This document shows positions 1 through 10,300 of a stretch of 64,000 bases of DNA, one piece after another; the first letter of the stretch is position 1; each line of letters begins with the position of its first letter. The stretch is from Desulfatiglandales bacterium (GTDB lineage: Bacteria; Desulfobacterota; DSM-4660; Desulfatiglandales; HGW-15). The notes below the pieces were generated by a model, which was given only the letters and a program-made list of their open reading frames with translations, did not search any database and was not told where the DNA came from. The position numbers were made by a program, and so were the translations under genes. The stretch covers positions 192,001 through 256,000 of the forward strand of contig CAXXJJ010000001.1 of assembly GCA_963667015.2 (NCBI GenBank), given 5' to 3'.

Positions 1-87
1 TCATTCAAATGCATGTCATGAGATATGCAAAAGCCTGAACAGGCTTATTAATCTTAAAAAAATATATTTTATCAATATGGAGATAGT

Positions 88-1242
88 ATGGATTTTCAGT
101 TAAGTGAAGAACAGCAAATGATTAGAGATATGTGCAGGAAGTTTGCAGAAAAAGAAATAAAACCAAATGTTGCAGAATATAACAAACAGCATAAGTTTCC
201 GATGAAAGTCATTAAAATGCTTGGCGAAATGGGAATAATGGGGATTGTTTATCCTGAAGAATATAATGGTGCGGGTATGGATTACGTTTCATATGCCATA
301 GCCGTTGAAGAGATTTCACGTGGCGGCGCCTCTACAGGTGTTACGGTATCCGCTCATAACTCACTCTGCCTTTCACCGATCTATTATTTTGGAACCGAAG
401 AGCAGAAAAAGAAATTTTTGCCCAAATTATGCACGGGCGAACATATCGGATGTTTCGGAATTACAGAACCCGGAGCAGGTTCCGATGCATCAGGAACAGC
501 AACAAGGGCAGAACTTAAGGGCGGAAAATATATCCTTAACGGCCAGAAGACATTTATAACAAACGGCGGTGTAGCCGACATCGCGGTAGTAATGGCAAAG
601 ACGGACAAGGATGCAGGCCATAAGGGCCTTTCCATGTTTATCGTAGAAAAAGGAACCCCGGGGTTTTCTGTAGGCAAGGCCGAAGGAAAGATGGGGCTGC
701 TCTCTTCTTCAACCACGGAACTTATCTTTGAAGACTGTGAAGTTCCGGCAGAAAACCTGCTCGGAGGAGAAGGCAAAGGCTTCAAGATTGCCATGCATAC
801 GCTGGATGGCGGTCGCGTAGGGATCGCTGCACAGGCACTTGGTATTTCACAGGCAGCCATGGAAGAGGCAGTTGCATATTCTAAAGAAAGAAAACAATTT
901 AATGCATCAATTTCAAACTTCCAGGCCATACAGTGGATGATTGCGGATATGGCAACAGATATAGAGGCCGCAAGGTTGCTGACATATCAGGCAGCAGAAA
1001 TGATGAACGATGGTCAGAACAGGCAGAAGTACTCAAAACAGTGTGCAATGGCAAAGCTGTTTGCATCCGAGGCATCACATCGTGTTACTCACAAGGCCCT
1101 GCAGATACTGGGAGGCTATGGCTATACCACAGAATATCCTATGGAGAGACATTGCCGCGATGCCAGAATTACGGAAATTTATGAAGGTACCTCTGAAATC
1201 ATGAGACTCGTTATTGCAACCAATGTAATCAAATCCCTTTAA
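88..1242 (+). CDS. Acyl-CoA dehydrogenase (butyryl-CoA dehydrogenase-like)
   Basis: 384 aa with ACAD motifs GCFGITEPGAGSD, LNGQKTFITNG, LDGGRVGIAAQALG, IYEGTSEI; RBS GGAG upstream. Confidence 0.95.
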   Translation: MDFQLSEEQQMIRDMCRKFAEKEIKPNVAEYNKQHKFPMKVIKMLGEMGIMGIVYPEEYNGAGMDYVSYAIAVEEISRGGASTGVTVSAHNSLCLSPIYYFGTEEQKKKFLPKLCTGEHIGCFGITEPGAGSDASGTATRAELKGGKYILNGQKTFITNGGVADIAVVMAKTDKDAGHKGLSMFIVEKGTPGFSVGKAEGKMGLLSSSTTELIFEDCEVPAENLLGGEGKGFKIAMHTLDGGRVGIAAQALGISQAAMEEAVAYSKERKQFNASISNFQAIQWMIADMATDIEAARLLTYQAAEMMNDGQNRQKYSKQCAMAKLFASEASHRVTHKALQILGGYGYTTEYPMERHCRDARITEIYEGTSEIMRLVIATNVIKSL

Positions 1243-1258
1243 TGAGGAGGTGCGCATC

Positions 1259-1921
1259 ATGAAGAATAAGGTTGTTAGTCTGGATGACGTAATCGATAAA
1301 ATAAATGACGGCGCCTCAATAATGGTCGGGGGCTTTCTTTCAGTAGGAGCCCCTCTGGCAATTGTCGAGGCTATTCTTGAAAAAGGTGTAAAAGATTTAA
1401 CAATTATTGCCAATGATACCAGCATAACCGGTCTCGGCATTTCCAAACTTATTGCCGCAAAACTTGTTAAAAAGGTCATAGCTTCACACATAGGGACAAA
1501 TCCTGAAACCGGAAAGCAGATGATGGAAGGCACCCTTGAGGTGGAGCTTGTTCCCCAGGGCAGCCTTGCCGAGAAGATAAGGGCCGCAGGCGCAGGTCTT
1601 GGCGGGGTACTTACCCCTACAGGGGTGGGCACTGAAGCCGCTGAAGGCAAGCAGACAATGGTAATCGAAGGCAAAGAATACCTTGTTGAATTACCAATAA
1701 AGGCCGATTTTGCAATCCTTGGAGGAAGCATTGTTGATACCTTCGGAAATACCTTCTACAATAAGACAACACAGAATTTTAATCCGGTCATGGCTACCGC
1801 TGCAGATACAGTGATTGTTCAGGCAAAAAAACTTGTTGAAGAAGGCGAGCTGGATCCCAATCAGGTAATGACACCCGGTATATTCGTGGACTATATAATA
1901 AGGAGCAATCCAGATGAGTAA
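1259..1921 (+). CDS. atoD: 3-oxoacid/acetate CoA-transferase subunit A
   Basis: IMVGGF, PQGSLAEKIRAAGAGLGG motifs; ATG at 1259 follows GAGGAGG. Confidence 0.9.
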   Translation: MKNKVVSLDDVIDKINDGASIMVGGFLSVGAPLAIVEAILEKGVKDLTIIANDTSITGLGISKLIAAKLVKKVIASHIGTNPETGKQMMEGTLEVELVPQGSLAEKIRAAGAGLGGVLTPTGVGTEAAEGKQTMVIEGKEYLVELPIKADFAILGGSIVDTFGNTFYNKTTQNFNPVMATAADTVIVQAKKLVEEGELDPNQVMTPGIFVDYIIRSNPDE

Positions 1922-2576
1922 TGTAAAGGAAATTATTGCAAAAAGAATTGCCCAGGAATTAAGTGACGGAGATGTAGTTAATCTTGGTATTGGTTTACCA
2001 ACTCTTGTAGCAAATTATCTTCCTGAGGGAGTGGATATAATTCTTCAGTCTGAAAACGGCATGCTCGGAGTAGATGCAGCACCGGAAAAGGGAAAAGAAG
2101 ATTATGATCTTATAAACGCAGGCGGAGCACACGTTACGGCTACAAAGAGGGCATCCTATTTTGACAGTGCCACATCATTTGCAATTATCCGCGGCGGGCA
2201 TGTTGATGCTGCAGTTCTCGGAGCACTTGAGGTTGATGAAAAAGGCAACCTGGCAAGTCATAAGGTGCCCGGAAAAATGATACCCGGAATGGGCGGTGCC
2301 ATGGACCTGGCTACAGGTGCAAAGAAGATAATCATAGCAACAGTGCATACAAATAAGGGCGTGCCAAAAATACTGAAAAAATTGACACTTCCTGTAACCG
2401 CTGTTGGTGTTGTCAAAATGATAGTTACTGAATTGGCGGTTATAGAAGTTACTCCCGAAGGGCTTGTATTGAAAGAAATCTCTGAAGATACAACCGTTGA
2501 GGAAGTTCTGAACTCTACCGAGGCAGAGCTTATAATAAGCCCTGAATTGAAAACTTCATTTAAAAAAGCAGCGTAG
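1914..2576 (+). CDS. atoA: 3-oxoacid/acetate CoA-transferase subunit B
   Basis: VNLGIGLPT, catalytic SENG, GMGGAMDL; overlaps subunit A. Confidence 0.92.
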   Translation: MSNVKEIIAKRIAQELSDGDVVNLGIGLPTLVANYLPEGVDIILQSENGMLGVDAAPEKGKEDYDLINAGGAHVTATKRASYFDSATSFAIIRGGHVDAAVLGALEVDEKGNLASHKVPGKMIPGMGGAMDLATGAKKIIIATVHTNKGVPKILKKLTLPVTAVGVVKMIVTELAVIEVTPEGLVLKEISEDTTVEEVLNSTEAELIISPELKTSFKKAA

Positions 2577-2610
2577 AATCTGATTAATAATTGTAATATA
2601 CATATGTTAA

Positions 2611-2656
2611 ATGCCTGTGTGTTGCCGCAGAACTCTGGGCAGCATGCAGGTATTTT
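2611..2656 (+). terminator. Hairpin after atoA, possible intrinsic terminator
   Basis: ATGCCTGTGTGTTGCC...GGCAGCATGCAGGTAT followed by TTT. Confidence 0.4.
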
Positions 2657-2675
2657 ATAATCGGAGTTTAATAAA

Positions 2676-3146
2676 ATGTCGGAATTATATTTTCAGGATT
2701 TTTATCCGGATAATTACTCGCATTGTTACGGATGCGGAAAACTGAATGAAAAAGGGATGCAGATTAAAAGCCGTTGGGACGGGGATGAGGGCGTATGCTA
2801 TTACACCCCTGACGATAGTAAAACCGGAGGTTTCCCTGATTTCTTATACGGGGGAATTATCGCCTCCCTGGTTGACTGCCACTGTGCAGGTACTGCTGCA
2901 GCCGCAAAACTGAAACAGGACGGTTTTGAGGTAGGGCAGGTGCTCATGCCCAGGTTTGTTACTGCATCACTTAAAGTGGACTATCTTAAACCGACCCCGG
3001 TTGGTGAAGAACTTGAAATACGGGCCTCTGTCAGGGAGATAAAGGGCAGAAAGGTTATTTTAAGCGCTACAGTATCTGCTGCAGGAAACGTTACTGCAAA
3101 AGGAGAAGCTGTAATGGTTTTGATACCCGAAGAAAAAAAGGATTAA
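2676..3146 (+). CDS. PaaI-family hotdog thioesterase
   Basis: CYGCG, LYGGIIASLVDCH, TASLKVDYLKPTP. Confidence 0.85.
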   Translation: MSELYFQDFYPDNYSHCYGCGKLNEKGMQIKSRWDGDEGVCYYTPDDSKTGGFPDFLYGGIIASLVDCHCAGTAAAAKLKQDGFEVGQVLMPRFVTASLKVDYLKPTPVGEELEIRASVREIKGRKVILSATVSAAGNVTAKGEAVMVLIPEEKKD

Positions 3147-3343
3147 AAAAGTAAAAAAATTTAGGCTGTTACCCTTAACCTTAAATTAGTATTGCTTTAC
3201 TATTCCCAAAAATTCTGCTAGGTTCCCCAAAAATATCCTGGAAAACCTGTTGATCCGGGGTGTCCGGAATCGTATAATCCAGGCCAGTAAAAAAGTAGAA
3301 TTTAGGGAATCATATTAAAAAAAAATTACAGGGAGAGATTGTA

Positions 3344-4213
3344 ATGGAAAAAAGAAATACCAATAACCTGATTATTTCGTGCTGCCTTTCCGGCGCCGGA
3401 ACCTCAAGGGCAATGGCCCCGGCAGTTCCCATACACCCTAATGAAATCGCAGCCGATGTTGTTAAAGTTGTAAAGGCCGGTGCCGCCATCGTGCATATCC
3501 ATGTACGTAATGACGATGAGTCTAAATCAATGTCTCTGGACAAGTTCACAGAGGCGATTGAGCTTACAAGAGAGTCATGTAAAAAAGAAGATCTGGATGT
3601 TATCATCAACCTGACAACATCCGGAGGATCATATATTGACGAAGAACGTATCCAGCATCTTGAAAAACTCCGCCCGGAAATGTGCTCATTTGACGCAGGA
3701 ACCCTTAACTGGGCAAACAGCTTTGTCTTTGAAAACCACCCGCGTCTACTGGAAAAACTGACAAAGGCCTGCCTTGAGTATGATGTAAAACCCGAGGTTG
3801 AGGTGTTTGATTCCGGTTTTATGGGAAACACGGCCTTTTATATCAAAAAACACGGGCTCAAGACCCCCACACATTATCAGTTTATCATGAACGTCCCCGG
3901 CGGTATGCCCGGTACAGTTAAAAACCTGGCCTTCCTGGTAGAGATGCTGCCCGAGGGTTCAACATGGTCTGTATCCGGTATAGGCGGATCTCATATGTCC
4001 ATGATGCTGGCTGCCCTGGCAATGGGAGCAGACGGTGTACGTGTAGGCCTTGAAGACAACATCGTTTATGATGTCAAGAATGGTGAAAAGATCATAGGCA
4101 CAAACGAGCAGTTTGTGAAACGAGCTGTTGATATTGCAAAGCTGGCCGGCCGCGGAATCGCCACAGCAGAAGAGGCACGCAAGCTTCTCGGCATTACAAG
4201 GAAGTGTCTGTAA
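3344..4213 (+). CDS. Beta-keto acid cleavage enzyme (BKACE/DUF849, 3-keto-5-aminohexanoate cleavage family)
   Basis: AGAAIVHIHVR Zn motif, KPEVEVFD, VRVGLEDN. Confidence 0.9.
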   Translation: MEKRNTNNLIISCCLSGAGTSRAMAPAVPIHPNEIAADVVKVVKAGAAIVHIHVRNDDESKSMSLDKFTEAIELTRESCKKEDLDVIINLTTSGGSYIDEERIQHLEKLRPEMCSFDAGTLNWANSFVFENHPRLLEKLTKACLEYDVKPEVEVFDSGFMGNTAFYIKKHGLKTPTHYQFIMNVPGGMPGTVKNLAFLVEMLPEGSTWSVSGIGGSHMSMMLAALAMGADGVRVGLEDNIVYDVKNGEKIIGTNEQFVKRAVDIAKLAGRGIATAEEARKLLGITRKCL

Positions 4214-4276
4214 GAGATTCATCTCACATACCATGCGGTGGCGGTATAAAATCCCACCCTGCTGACAACTGGAATC

Positions 4277-4302
4277 GTAGGGGCGAAAAATTTTTCGCCC
4301 CT
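4277..4302 (+). repeat. GTAG-type REP palindrome
   Basis: GTAG + GGGCGAAAAATTTTTCGCCCCT hairpin between convergent genes. Confidence 0.65.
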
Positions 4303-4547
4303 TTTTTATCTTAGGATCAACGTTGCTGATCCGGCATTCCTTTCGGTAACTCCACTGAAAACTCAATAAGCCCCATCACCTCACCATTCCGGCTTTGACA
4401 TGATTAAGGTGAATATATCAGCTAAGTTCCAACAGGTAACTGTCTTTTTCAATGAGAAGGGCCTTAAACCTTCTCTGGAATAGAAGTCCGTTCATCCAGA
4501 GCTCACATGATTTGTTTCTATCTTGATTTCTATTAATGTATCGCTTT

Positions 4548-5033
4548 CTATTTCAATATTATTGCCCCCTGGAACCGGAACAGATCCTGAATCGTTTCAA
4601 CATAGGTATCATCGATATCAGGTAAGTTATTGATATAGAAAAAACCTGCATCAGATATTTCTTCTGTTGATTCTAAAAGACTCCCTGAAAAGTCCTCGGT
4701 TAAAAAGGCCATTGTATATTGCTGAAACTTTTCCCCATCGGGGGATTCCATTTGATATACCGGGTCTGAGTAGTAGGCAAAGGGTTTTAATGAACCGACA
4801 CTCAGGCCTGTTATGTCGAAAACCTCACGCCGCGCCGCCTCTGTGATACTTTCATCAGGCTCGACACGTCCCGCAGGAATACTCCATCTCTTTTTGTCCA
4901 TCTGCCTGACCAGCAGGATTCTCCCGGCAGAATCCCTTACAATAATCCTGACGCCAGGTTCGATTGTCATGCCATGCCCATATCTGACCTGAATTTGACC
5001 GATATAGGAATCATTCAGTGAGTTCATATTCAT
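4548..5033 (-). CDS. NUDIX hydrolase
   Basis: Nudix box-like WSIPAGRVEPDESITEAARREVFDITGL. Confidence 0.85.
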   Translation of the reverse strand: MNMNSLNDSYIGQIQVRYGHGMTIEPGVRIIVRDSAGRILLVRQMDKKRWSIPAGRVEPDESITEAARREVFDITGLSVGSLKPFAYYSDPVYQMESPDGEKFQQYTMAFLTEDFSGSLLESTEEISDAGFFYINNLPDIDDTYVETIQDLFRFQGAIILK

Positions 5034-5141
5034 TCCCCCTGTTTAGGTTTTTGAAAGAATTATGAACTCACAATATGAAATTAATATGAATGAAGAATGA
5101 ATTACGCGCGAAAAAACAGTGGTGTTTGGACAGATATGGGC

Positions 5142-7382
5142 CTACTTAACCAGAAATGCAACACCCGGTGTCTCGGATTTTTTTGTATTCTTCTCTGAAA
5201 AAACCCTTGCCATAACAGTATGGCTTCCCTTGCTCATGGGCCACAGATAGTCGCCCGAGTCAGTAACAGCCTCCATTTCATTATCCACATACCACTCCAC
5301 CTTTGAATTGCCAGGGACACCCGACAGGCTGAACAAAAACGACTCATGGTCATCAGGGATACGCGGGTCCATTGCCAGCCTTAGTCCCGGGGAGGGCTGA
5401 ATCATCTCTAACTTTTTAACCGGGGTTGACTGTTTTTCTGCAGCCATGCCCGGACCGGTTCCGGGTACAAACCATTCACTGTACGCAGGGCACTCTTCAT
5501 CTGCAGGTAGGCCAGTGCCCCTGCATACATCCATCTGAACAAGTTTAGGGCTCAGGTAAAGGGGCCTTGTTTCACGATTGCGGTTGAGCTCTGCAAATAT
5601 GGACCTGAGAACTATTCCCGGGCCCTTTGCCCCGGTTATCCTGTCCATCGCAGTTCTGTCGAGATTCCCCATCCACACCCCCACTGTATAGTCATTGTTG
5701 TACCCAACTGCCCAGGCATCCCTGTAGTCATTTGATGTACCTGTCTTAACTGCAGTCTGTATTGGAAAATCAAGCACACCTCCGGCGCCAAATTCAAGCA
5801 GTCTGGCGCTTTTATCGGAGAGTATATTGCCTATCAGTGACGTAACCCCGGGAGAGAACACCCTTTCCTGATATCCGGCCGGTCCCGGATCTTCACTCAT
5901 AAGAACCCTGAGGGGCTGATAAACTCCCCTGCCTGCAAGCGCTGCATATGCCTGCACAAGCTCAAACAGGGTAATCTCACCGTTTCCAAGGACAAGGCCG
6001 TCACCATAAAATTCCGGGAACTGATGAAGACTCTGCATTCCCATACCCTGCAGGCAGGAAAGAAAATTCTCGACTCCGATGTGCTGAAGGGTTTTTACTG
6101 CCGGTACATTCAGTGAATTTCCAAGACATTGTCTTAGGGGAAGTTTTCCGTAATGGATCCTGCTGTAGTTATTGTATGAATGCAGTCCTGTGCCCACAGG
6201 TTCTGCAAGGGGAGAGTCATCTATAACAGATGCTGCCGTCCATCCTTTTTCGAGAGCAAGGGCATATACAAAGGGTTTAAGTGTGGAGCCCGGCTGGCGC
6301 GGAGTTGTGACCGCATCGATCCAGCTTCCCGGTACATCTTCTGCCCTTGTTCCGCTTACTGCCCATGCAAGCACCTCTCTTGTTTTATTGTCAACTATCA
6401 GGACCGCGCCATTCTTAACGCCTTTTCCGGAGAGCGCCTTTACCCGGCTGTCCAGGATGCTCTTTGCCATTATCTGCATGGACGAATCCAGGGTTGTTAT
6501 GATCTGCCCGCCGGACTGAGCTAAAGAAGCGCCGCTGCTGCCGAAGATAAAATCCACAAAATGACCGGCATCTACATCAATATCCTGAGCCTGCACTCGT
6601 ATATTTTCCTTAAGGATATCTTCGGATGCCTTTGTGTCTATCAAGCCGTCTTTAACGGCCAGATCAGCAAGCCTGGCTACACGCCCGGCTACCCTGTCAG
6701 TACCTTTCCGGATATCAAATCTTGACGGCGCCCTTACCATAACAGCAAGCGCAAGGATTTCTTTTCTGCTCAGGGTATCAAGGTCACGGTCAAAGAAGAG
6801 ACGCGCTGCCTGGACAACGCCTCTCCTGTTTGATGCATAGGGAACTTCGTTGAGATAAAATTCCAGTATTTCTGCCTTTGAAAAAAATCTTTCAAGATTT
6901 CGGGCCTCAAAACCCTCGATCCATCGTGTCCAGACACCTCTTTTCCGGGGATGAAGCATCTTGACAACCTGTTCTGAAATAGTACTTGCCCCTCTCACAC
7001 CCCCCATTGCCCGAAGGTTCTGCCACGCGGCATTAAACCGGGCAATCCAGTCCACACCCGAATGACTGAAAAATCTCTTGTCCTCAGATATTATAAAGAC
7101 CTGCTGCAGAAATTCGGGTATCTCATAAAGAGGGATATAGTCATGGGTATTCCACTGGTTCCGGTATGTAATATTAAGGGGAGAATAGTTACGATCAAGG
7201 ATACGAACCCTGCTTATATCGGTCGTTGCCGGGACAAGGCTGCGCGGTATTGGTTTAATGTCTGCAAGGGTTTTCCAGACTGTGACGAATGCCACAAGTG
7301 AGATTATGACAGCAGCAGTTTTTATTATCCTGTTATTAAAAAATACCCGGATATATCTGATGATGTGTTTCATATTATTCAA
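5142..7382 (-). CDS. pbpC: Penicillin-binding protein 1C
   Basis: Transglycosylase motifs EDKRF, GASTISEQ; transpeptidase GSTLKPF, SLN, KTGTS; directly downstream of alpha-2-macroglobulin. Confidence 0.92.
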   Translation of the reverse strand: MNNMKHIIRYIRVFFNNRIIKTAAVIISLVAFVTVWKTLADIKPIPRSLVPATTDISRVRILDRNYSPLNITYRNQWNTHDYIPLYEIPEFLQQVFIISEDKRFFSHSGVDWIARFNAAWQNLRAMGGVRGASTISEQVVKMLHPRKRGVWTRWIEGFEARNLERFFSKAEILEFYLNEVPYASNRRGVVQAARLFFDRDLDTLSRKEILALAVMVRAPSRFDIRKGTDRVAGRVARLADLAVKDGLIDTKASEDILKENIRVQAQDIDVDAGHFVDFIFGSSGASLAQSGGQIITTLDSSMQIMAKSILDSRVKALSGKGVKNGAVLIVDNKTREVLAWAVSGTRAEDVPGSWIDAVTTPRQPGSTLKPFVYALALEKGWTAASVIDDSPLAEPVGTGLHSYNNYSRIHYGKLPLRQCLGNSLNVPAVKTLQHIGVENFLSCLQGMGMQSLHQFPEFYGDGLVLGNGEITLFELVQAYAALAGRGVYQPLRVLMSEDPGPAGYQERVFSPGVTSLIGNILSDKSARLLEFGAGGVLDFPIQTAVKTGTSNDYRDAWAVGYNNDYTVGVWMGNLDRTAMDRITGAKGPGIVLRSIFAELNRNRETRPLYLSPKLVQMDVCRGTGLPADEECPAYSEWFVPGTGPGMAAEKQSTPVKKLEMIQPSPGLRLAMDPRIPDDHESFLFSLSGVPGNSKVEWYVDNEMEAVTDSGDYLWPMSKGSHTVMARVFSEKNTKKSETPGVAFLVK

Positions 7383-10300
7383 CCTTTTCTACTTCCAGCA
7401 TACCCGGAGCACTTTTTCCGAATACATCCGGATCATACATCTCTTCCGAATGTGTCGGCATGACAGTAAACTCACCGGTCGCAATCGCCTGGGCCGTATA
7501 GGACAGGTGATAGTTCCCAGCCGGCAGATATTCCGAATAAAATCTTGCGGCGTGATGGCGCAGCTCTTTATGGTAAAAACTCCATCGGGACATGCCGTAA
7601 TATGACCATTCACCATAGTGAAAAAACCAGGAGTCTTCTGCATAGTCTGATTTTGCCTTATCCGCATCCACTGCTGAAGCGGTAGCAAGATCCCTGTTTA
7701 CAGGTTCAAGCCCTCCCGGGACAGGATCATCCACAACCAGAAAGTTCCTGGCACCGGGGATGGAAACATACAGGTCAACTCTGACAAGTTCTCCTCTCCT
7801 GATCTTCATGGGGCTTTTTAAAAGAACCCATTTACCGTCCCGCTCCACGCTGTATTCCCTTCTTATATCTATCCCTGCGTTTATGCTGTCCTTTCTCAAT
7901 TCCTCCGGGGCATAGGACATGCCCACCGTGTAATAGTATCTGCCCTTTCCTTGCTTTTTTATTGCTGCTGTTGTGTGAGTTCCCGGATCATCATCTTCAA
8001 CAGGCCTTGCCAGGGCAGCAGGAGTATCTGTCATATTTTTAAATTCCGCCTTTCCGAGCGGAACTTCACCAATGGATGCGGTAATAACCATATCAGGGCT
8101 CACAGATTCATATATTCGGCTGTATTCAACCAGCGCATTCATGCAGAAGACATTTTCCTGAGTGTTCTCCCAGCGGCCGCTCTGCTTACGGGTTTGTGTG
8201 ATATACCTGACCATCCTGAATGGAATATCCTTTGTAAGCAGTTTTCCATCATCTGTACTGCCATAGCTGAGGATGGCGCTCAGCACTGCCGCGTTTGTTC
8301 TTAAGGGTGATGTGAGAATTCTCGAGTAACCGTCATCAAAGGTGTCATTTATGATAAACTTACCTCCGGTCTGGTCGGCCTGTGATATGATCATTTTAAA
8401 TACATCCTTTGCCATTTCACCTGCGCCCTTTACCTTTGATGCGGCCATAAGAAAATGGGCCTTTCCGAATGTATCCATCTCCTTTACATGTGGATAATAA
8501 CGTCTGAGATCATCCAGTGTTATCCTGTTGTTTTCAGCCAGGGCTGCCAGGGCAACGGCCCTTACCGTAGAGGCCATCCCCCTGGTATAGAAACCGGGTG
8601 ACACATCTTTCCTGAGCATAACAGTAAGATATTCATGGAGCCTTTCTTCGACCGTGGATGGAACAGCGTACCCATGTTCCTTCAGCCAGTTGAAGGCAAT
8701 GGCCGTGTAGGCGCTCAGAAAGGGGGATACAAAGCGGTCATCAGGGACATAATAACACATACCGCCGTTTGGGGCCTGGTAATTTGATGCCAGACCGGGT
8801 AATGTGCCCGGAAGTTCAGAGGCATCCTCCCAGGTAAAATCTTCCGGCATATATTTTTTAAGGTTTGTAAAATGTGACGCCATAACAGCCCTTGTAATCT
8901 TCTGCTCCCAGCATGGGTATGGGTAATCCCTCAGGTATTTAAATGCACCTTCAAGGTTTCCGATAACCGTGGGAGATAGGTTGACAAATACGCTTCCCAC
9001 ATCCGTTCTTATATTGTCCGGATACTTTAATGATTCTGTAACTGATTCCGCGTCTGTAGATCCGTAGGTGGCCGCGGTCTCAAGACTTGCCATCTTATGT
9101 ACCTCAAGCTCATATACGGTCCCGTCCCGGTCAATGGAGTCCCCCCCTCTTGCAGTGAACTCTATTTTACCATCTCCCCTGCTCTGAACAGGAAGCCACA
9201 GGGTAACACGTTTATAGGGCTTTACATTTACCTTTTGGGTTGTCTCTATCCGGCCGCTTTTGTCATCAGTTTCAATTGCCCCTTCAGCCGTAATGGTAAA
9301 TTCAATATTCCGCTCTTTGTCTGTCCTGTTCATAACACTGAAGCCCGCCTCAAACCTGTCTCCCCCGGTAACCTGGTTGGGCATGACAGGCCTTATCTCG
9401 GTGGGCCTGTTTATATTAAAACGGCCCTGCCCAAGTCCCATCCTGTCCCCCGGTGTCACGGCCATGGCAAGCACACGCCACCCGGTCAGGTTGTCGGGTA
9501 ATTCAAATTCAAAATCTGCCTCCCCATTTGAATCAGCCCTTAAAGCCGGATTCCAGTAACTTAGGAATTTGAATATTGTCCTTAAACTTATGTCTCCCCC
9601 TCCGTCACCTGCAGGATCTGCACCCTTTTTTTCAAACTTCTGCCTTCCTACAAGCTGCATGAGCAGGCTGTAGTTAAGCATGTCAAGGGTGTCTGCCTGA
9701 TAAAAACCCCTGTAGGGATTAAAATAGTCTGTACCGGTGCTTAGAAGGTCCAGGACCGCTTCATCAAGAACTGCCACCGCAAATTCAACCGGCTCATCAT
9801 TGGATCGGTCCCTGTATGAAGCCTGTAATTTGATCTTTACCTTTTCTCCCGGCTTATAGGTCTCTTTGTCAGACTTTACCTCGGTTATGATCGTCTTATA
9901 TGGATCAGTTACAATCCCCGGTACATAGCCCATACGAAATGCCGGTTTTCCAAGATCAACACCATTGTCCTGGGGTGGTTTTTCAATGCGCGGGGACATC
10001 ACAACAACCGAGAGATAGTACCCGGGGATAAACTCTTGTTCTATTTTAAACTCTATAACCGGTGTGGCAGTATCAAGGGTCTGCACCCAGTGTTTAATGG
10101 TTCCATATCTTTCGATCGTGACAAGCGCCTTTGCCCCTGGAAAGGGATTTTTGACCATATACCTGGCCGTCTCACCGACTTTAAATTCATTCTTTTCAGC
10201 TATGATATCCAGGGCGTTTTTATTTTCGTCATCCCAGATAACCACTCCCTTGCCTGCAACCCATTTTGAAAGCTCTGTGCTGTGCTCCCGTCCCATGGAA

